Source: Verrucomicrobiia bacterium (GTDB lineage: Bacteria > Verrucomicrobiota > Verrucomicrobiia > Limisphaerales > UBA1319). Taken from it: a stretch of DNA of 64,000 bases. Positions 59,011-64,000 of the stretch are shown here, in pieces. A model generated the notes under the pieces. It did no database searches and had not been told where the DNA came from. It saw only the letters and a list, made by a program, of their open reading frames with translations. The DNA lies in contig OY760937.1 of NCBI GenBank assembly GCA_963664225.1, forward strand, positions 3,744,001-3,808,000. The letters run 5' to 3'. How positions within the stretch are numbered: position 1 is the stretch's first letter; the number at the start of each line of letters is the position of its first letter. Both the position numbers and the translations under genes were made by a program.

Positions 59011-60398
59011 CGGGCATATTCCTTTATTGGGAGTTGGCAGGAAGCGAGGATTTCCTCGCAGGCTTGTTGAAGGATGTGCCGGCCGCCGGGGAGTTTGGTG
59101 GCCTCGGAGATGTAAAGGTCTCGGGCCGCTTCTAGGTCGTAGTCGAGAGCCCTGGTGATGAACGACGGCCACTGGCGGTCCTCAGGGAAAGTGGATTTCC
59201 ATAGCCAACTTCCCATAAGGGGCATGATAATGTTGCCGTAGCAGAGGACGTCGGGCTTTGCGTGCAGTTCGCACGTTAGGGAGACGGTTTCGTCCAAGGA
59301 TGCCTCATCTTCGTCCAAGAGGCCCAGGACGAAGGAACATGAGACTTTGATGCCCGCAAGTACGAGGTCGTCAACAGCCTGAATTATCGCCCGGCGAGAA
59401 ATGAACTTGCCGTTGCAGCGGAGGATACGTTCGCTTCCCGATTCGATGCCGAGGAGGACGCTGTCCACGCCACAAGAAGCGAGCGCAAATGCGATTTCAT
59501 GTGTGATGTCCCTGGCGTCGGCGAAGACCATCATTTTGATGTCGTCGATGAGTCTCTCTTTGCGCTGATGACAGAACGCGTCCATCCAGGGACCGTCCAC
59601 CCATGTGTCACTAGTGTCGAGGATGTAATCCACGCCGAAGTTGTCCAGAAGGTAGCGGATTTCCTGCGCAACCGTTACGGGATCGCGGCTGCGGAAGCCC
59701 TTGTCCTGACGGGCGCAGAATGAGCAGCGCCGCTTGCAGCCGCGTTTTGAGAAAAGGTTGGCAGCCCGCTGGCCGGTCATGTTGATGAGGGTGTTGGTGC
59801 CGCGGTACTCCGCCAAGTATTGTTGAGGATCGATGCCGCCGAAATCGCGCGGGGGCATCTTCTGTTCCCAGACGTTTTCGAGGACCGTTTCCGTTCGAGC
59901 CAGGCCATGATTTGTCTTCAGGAGGAGATTTGGAACTTGGTGGAGGTCTATGGTTCCGTCAGCGAGCTGGCGCGACAGGGCCTGGAGGGTTGGTTGGCCA
60001 TCGCCGATGCACACCGCGTCAATAATGGGTTCCATCGCGAGCGAGGGGCCAGCCGCTGTGGCCGGTTGGCCGCCGACAATGACCAGCGTTCCTTGTTTTT
60101 TTGCTTGGGCCGCGATGGCAGCGAGCGATTTGGAGGAGAGCGCTGTGTAGGTAAGACCGAGAACATCTGCACCCGCTGCCGAAAGACGGTCGAGGAGTCG
60201 CGGCCCTAGGATGGTGCCATCCAGAATTTCGACGTCGCAGCGGGAGTCCACGGAGTCGGCGAGGAGGAGGAGATCGAGAGGCATGTTCCATTGGTCAGCG
60301 GCGATGCGGGCATCGTCAATGGGGCAGCGCGCGAGCACAATCTTCGGTTTCATAAACATGTCGTGGGCAAGGTTAACTACTAGGCGCTTTGCTTGCAA
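59007..60398 (-). CDS. B12-binding-domain radical SAM protein
   Basis: VIVGGQPAT, CIGDG, RGCKRRCSFC (CxxxCxxC), GIESGSERIL, SFVLGL. Confidence 0.9.
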   Translation of the reverse strand: MQAKRLVVNLAHDMFMKPKIVLARCPIDDARIAADQWNMPLDLLLLADSVDSRCDVEILDGTILGPRLLDRLSAAGADVLGLTYTALSSKSLAAIAAQAKKQGTLVIVGGQPATAAGPSLAMEPIIDAVCIGDGQPTLQALSRQLADGTIDLHQVPNLLLKTNHGLARTETVLENVWEQKMPPRDFGGIDPQQYLAEYRGTNTLINMTGQRAANLFSKRGCKRRCSFCARQDKGFRSRDPVTVAQEIRYLLDNFGVDYILDTSDTWVDGPWMDAFCHQRKERLIDDIKMMVFADARDITHEIAFALASCGVDSVLLGIESGSERILRCNGKFISRRAIIQAVDDLVLAGIKVSCSFVLGLLDEDEASLDETVSLTCELHAKPDVLCYGNIIMPLMGSWLWKSTFPEDRQWPSFITRALDYDLEAARDLYISEATKLPGGRHILQQACEEILASCQLPIKEYAR

Positions 60399-61720
60399 GA
60401 CTTAAGACGGACCCAGAGGGAGCCGGCGAGAAGAGTGAGGAGAACAACCGGCAGCGAAATCACAGAGATGCTAGGCTCGGCTTTGGCCAAAATCGTCACA
60501 AGAATAACTGACACGAGTCCAAGGACGAGACTCCAAAGGACGACTTTTGGATGGAGACGCCAGAGCAATCCGCCGAGCAGGATTGGGAAAAGGCCGACGC
60601 TCATTCCAGCGAGCGCAAAGGCGACTTTAAGGACATCTTTAAACAGCCACCCCGAGATAGCGGCAAGTGTGACTGACGCGATGACGATGCTTGCTGATAT
60701 ACGCCTTGTCGTGCGTTCATTCCTGATTTCGAGAATGTTGAGGACCACCGTTGGCGCGATGACGAACAGCGCTGTATCCGCCGTGGAGAGGATTGCAGAA
60801 AGGAGGAGAAGCATTCCAAGGCCCTGACAGGCTCTCGGTAAGAGGCTTTGGAATACTTTGACTAGAGCGTCCTCTGGGTTGAGGCCGGGGAAGTGGGCAT
60901 AGGCGGCGAATCCGATCCCTGCGAGGATTACGCCAACGAAAGGCAGCGTTATGCCGGCGACGAGTAGGCCGCCGCGGACCGCACGCGTGTCTCTGGCAGC
61001 AAAGCAACGTTGCCAAAGTTCCGGGGCGGAGAAAATGCCCATGCTGCCGATAATCAGGAATCCAACGACATCGGCGCCGGATTTGGAGAGATCCGAGTGC
61101 GCAAGGACGGTCTTCGCGTTAGCCGGGGATATCAGTTTAGGCAGTAGGAAGACGAGGATGAAGAGGATTAGGACCCACTGAAAGATGTCGGTCGTAATCG
61201 AGGCGCGGAAGCCACCCGTGATGGTATATGACAGGAGGAAGAAAGCGATTATGAAGATGCAGGTGATGTAGGAAAGTCCGCTTAATCCCTGGAGGATGGT
61301 GGCACCCAAAATGAATTGGATGAGCAGCAGGGAGACATAAAAGATGACGTTGTAGAACGAGACGAGTTTGGCGGCTGGCTTGCCGTAGTGACGCTCAAAG
61401 TAATCGGACATGCCAAAGTAGCCATTGTCTCTGGCCTCGCGCTGTAAGCGGGCGGTGAAGACGGAGAAGAGGATGAACCCCAGAACAATTCCGATAAACA
61501 GCGAGATTGCAGGCCAACCGTATTTGTAAACGAAGCCGGTGTAGGTTACGAGAATGAAACCATCAAAGAAGCCGGCCGCGATAGAACAGCCTAGGCCCAA
61601 TGGGCCGACCTTCCGGTCAGCAATCAGATACCAATTGAACCCCTTACCCTTGGAGGCGAGGTACCCGAGGATAACCAAGAATATGGCGTAAGGTATTAGG
61701 AGTGCGAAGTTAGTGTCCAT
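60380..61720 (-). CDS. Sodium:solute symporter family protein
   Basis: About 12-13 TMs, YLIADR, YTITGGFRASITTD, WQRCFAAR, SAILSTADT. Confidence 0.9.
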   Translation of the reverse strand: MDTNFALLIPYAIFLVILGYLASKGKGFNWYLIADRKVGPLGLGCSIAAGFFDGFILVTYTGFVYKYGWPAISLFIGIVLGFILFSVFTARLQREARDNGYFGMSDYFERHYGKPAAKLVSFYNVIFYVSLLLIQFILGATILQGLSGLSYITCIFIIAFFLLSYTITGGFRASITTDIFQWVLILFILVFLLPKLISPANAKTVLAHSDLSKSGADVVGFLIIGSMGIFSAPELWQRCFAARDTRAVRGGLLVAGITLPFVGVILAGIGFAAYAHFPGLNPEDALVKVFQSLLPRACQGLGMLLLLSAILSTADTALFVIAPTVVLNILEIRNERTTRRISASIVIASVTLAAISGWLFKDVLKVAFALAGMSVGLFPILLGGLLWRLHPKVVLWSLVLGLVSVILVTILAKAEPSISVISLPVVLLTLLAGSLWVRLKSCKQSA

Positions 61721-61945
61721 GGGAGTATCCTTAATTTGTAAACGAAGCCGGTTTAGGTTACGAGAATGAAACCATCAAAGAAGCCGACCGCGATAGAACA
61801 GCCTAGGCCCAATGGGCCGACCTTTCGGTCAGCAATCAGATACCAATTGAACCCCTTACCCTTGGAGGCGAGGTACCCGAGGATAACCAAAAATATGGCG
61901 TAAGGTATTAGGAGTGCGAAGTTAGTGTCCATGGGAGTATCCTTA
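61522..61945. repeat. 212-bp tandem duplication of the symporter 5' end; the upstream copy is truncated
   Basis: 61522-61733 versus 61734-61945, four substitutions seen, one changing TAC to TAA. Confidence 0.93.
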
Positions 61946-61953
61946 GAGTGCTA

Positions 61954-64000
61954 TCAAACGTACTTAAGGCGATCGGCGATTTCGGCCATGTTGTAGGGGC
62001 GCTTGTCGGGGTTGTTATCGAGACATTGCTCGATGAGGTTCTTCATCGGGTTGCTGGTGACGTACTTGATGAGGTCGGGATCCGGTTTGCCTTCGAGCAT
62101 GAAGAGGCAGAGCTTTCCAAAGGAGAAGATGTCAGCGGCAGGAGCGGCCTGGACGCCAGCAACTTGCTCTGGGGATGAGTAATGGGGGGTGTGGGCACCC
62201 TGGAGGGTTACTGCGGTGATGGGGCGGCCAAGGTATTTAGAGATTCCGAAATCGCCGATTTTCCACACTTTGTTCACTCGGAGTATGTTCTGAGGTTTGA
62301 GGTCACGGTGAACGATTTGGGCTTCGTGGATGCTTTGAAGGGTCTTGGCGAGGCCAATGGTGATGGCTTTGGTCTCGAGGATGTCGAGTTTGCCGGAGGC
62401 TTGCTTAGTGACGAAGTCGTGGAGGTTTCCGCCATCAGCGTACTCCAAGACGAGGTACTGCTTGTCGCCCTCGCGGACGAAATCACAGACGGCCAGGACA
62501 TTGTCCTTGTAAGCCAGTTTCTGGAGGATTTCCAGCTCACGCCGAAACTGGGCTTCGAGCTGTGGGCTGCCGGTGGAAACGAGCACCTTGACGGCGTAAG
62601 TCTTGCCGTCTTCGAGGCTCACTGCCCGGTAAACGGTGCCGGATGCGCCATCACCGAGCTTTTCTTCGAGACGGTACTTGCCGTCGAATGATTGGACAGC
62701 AGGCTTGGGTACCGGTTTGGCCGCGACGGCCTTGTCTCCGGCCTTCTCGTAGAAAGGGGTGATTCTCGCCTGGATGTAAGGTTCGAAGTGGTTGCTGCGT
62801 ACCAGGGCGGTGTGTGGGGCCTGGTTGAGGATCATCTGGCGGGCGATGTCGCGCTCCGATTTGTCCACCAGGCCGAGGTTCTCGGACATTACTTTGGCGT
62901 CCTCGCCTTCGAGTTGGAGGGCGATCTTAGTCCCGACCATGTCGAAGACCACTCGGTCGAAGTCCTTGACGCTTTGGGAGGCGAGAAGAATGCCGACGCC
63001 GTATTTACGTGCTTCCCGGATGAGCTCCGTGAGCGTCTCTTCGTAAGAAAGCTTGTGGGCTTCGTCCACAACGGCGAAAACGCGCATGGCCTGCGTGGGA
63101 CCTTTGGCGAGCATGTCAGCGTAGATCTTCTGGAGGACGAAGCGGCTGACTGCGACCATTAGCTCGGGCGTGGCCAAGTTAGAAAGGCGTAGAACGTGGG
63201 TCTCTTTCAGTATCGCTTCGAATCCATGGGGATCGGGGCCATCGAGGAAGATGCCGGTTTCAAAAAGGGGCTGAACACGGAGGTTGAGATTGCGGACATT
63301 ACCGCCGACTGTGGCCTCCATCTGCTTGAGGATGTTCCATACTGACGAGAAGCTCGGAGGCGGCAGTTGCCAGGTTTCCGGCTTGTTGGGTGCGAAGCCG
63401 GCGACGGCGAACGCCTGGCTGATGGCATCGCGTAGAATGGCGTGCTGAATGTCGCCGAGCCCGAAGATCTTTGCGAGGCTATTGGCAACCTGGTAAACAA
63501 CCTTTAGGTAGGTCTGCTTCTTGCCAGTGTGCGGGTCAACGGGGAGTTCAAGCGGATTAACGTGGATGCCGTTGGCGGCGTCGAGTTCTTTGGCGTTGGC
63601 GCAATCGAGGAAGGACTTTCCGTCGGCGTTTGCAAGCTTGCCGGAAATGTACTCGCCTTGGAAGTCGAAGATGATGGAAGGCACTTTGGCCTTGGCGAGC
63701 TCCCAGAGAAAAGAGCTGGTGGTCTGGGTTTTGCCGGCGCCGCTCTTGCCAACGATTAAGATGTGCTGATTCGTAAGCTTCTTGGGTGCTATGGCTGTGG
63801 GATCCCAGAAGATGGGCTTGCCGGTTTCCGAGTTGATGCCGATGCGCAGGCGGAGTTGGCCCGATTCCGGCGGCGGTTGCGGCGTAGTCCTAGACTTGGC
63901 TTCCGGCTTTAGTGGGGTCGGGTACACAAATGGCGAAGGGGCCGGTTCGGCGATTTGAGCGGGCGGCTCATTCTTCGACGACTCCGCAATGGTGCCCAGG
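61954..64000 (-). CDS. HerA/FtsK-type ATPase (DptH/DndH-like) fused to a C-terminal Ser/Thr kinase; 5' end beyond the window
   Basis: NQHILIVGKSGAGKTQ, IFDFQG, VVDEAH, REARKYG, LASQ; kinase GDGASG, AVK, HRDLKPQN, DFG; frame stays open to 64000. Confidence 0.85.
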   Translation of the reverse strand, partial: LGTIAESSKNEPPAQIAEPAPSPFVYPTPLKPEAKSRTTPQPPPESGQLRLRIGINSETGKPIFWDPTAIAPKKLTNQHILIVGKSGAGKTQTTSSFLWELAKAKVPSIIFDFQGEYISGKLANADGKSFLDCANAKELDAANGIHVNPLELPVDPHTGKKQTYLKVVYQVANSLAKIFGLGDIQHAILRDAISQAFAVAGFAPNKPETWQLPPPSFSSVWNILKQMEATVGGNVRNLNLRVQPLFETGIFLDGPDPHGFEAILKETHVLRLSNLATPELMVAVSRFVLQKIYADMLAKGPTQAMRVFAVVDEAHKLSYEETLTELIREARKYGVGILLASQSVKDFDRVVFDMVGTKIALQLEGEDAKVMSENLGLVDKSERDIARQMILNQAPHTALVRSNHFEPYIQARITPFYEKAGDKAVAAKPVPKPAVQSFDGKYRLEEKLGDGASGTVYRAVSLEDGKTYAVKVLVSTGSPQLEAQFRRELEILQKLAYKDNVLAVCDFVREGDKQYLVLEYADGGNLHDFVTKQASGKLDILETKAITIGLAKTLQSIHEAQIVHRDLKPQNILRVNKVWKIGDFGISKYLGRPITAVTLQGAHTPHYSSPEQVAGVQAAPAADIFSFGKLCLFMLEGKPDPDLIKYVTSNPMKNLIEQCLDNNPDKRPYNMAEIADRLKYV

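Noticed and set aside
59011..59172. N-terminal extension of the 573-aa ORF
   Set aside because: Overlaps the radical SAM gene; ATGA coupling supports a start at 59010.

Overview
The window looks bacterial, and protein styles suggest Verrucomicrobia/PVC (inference only). Positions 1-8.2 kb hold a CusCBA-type heavy-metal efflux operon (cusA cut by the left edge), an ATP-grasp protein, miaA and a tRNA(CAT). A tyrosine integrase next to the tRNA starts an accessory island that runs to the right edge. It carries a second recombinase, a MOBF relaxase and coupling protein with no mating-pore genes, a leading-region-like block (ParA, DNA methylase, ArdC, each of the last two behind a repeated hairpin leader), three intact IS elements, one decayed IS66 and several pseudogenes. 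The most unusual cargo: (1) two convergent operons built on related histidine kinase + stand-alone receiver pairs, one kinase fused to an HNH-type domain and followed by a UvrD helicase, the other fused to a TIM barrel + GAF region and followed by an HNH gene; (2) a coupled operon of HerA/DptH-like ATPase-kinase, solute symporter, B12 radical SAM, MinD/ParA-like ATPase and HD-domain protein; (3) a MACPF-tail collar fusion; (4) an AT-richer secreted hydrolase/partner cassette. All domain calls come from reading motifs by eye; no searches were run.
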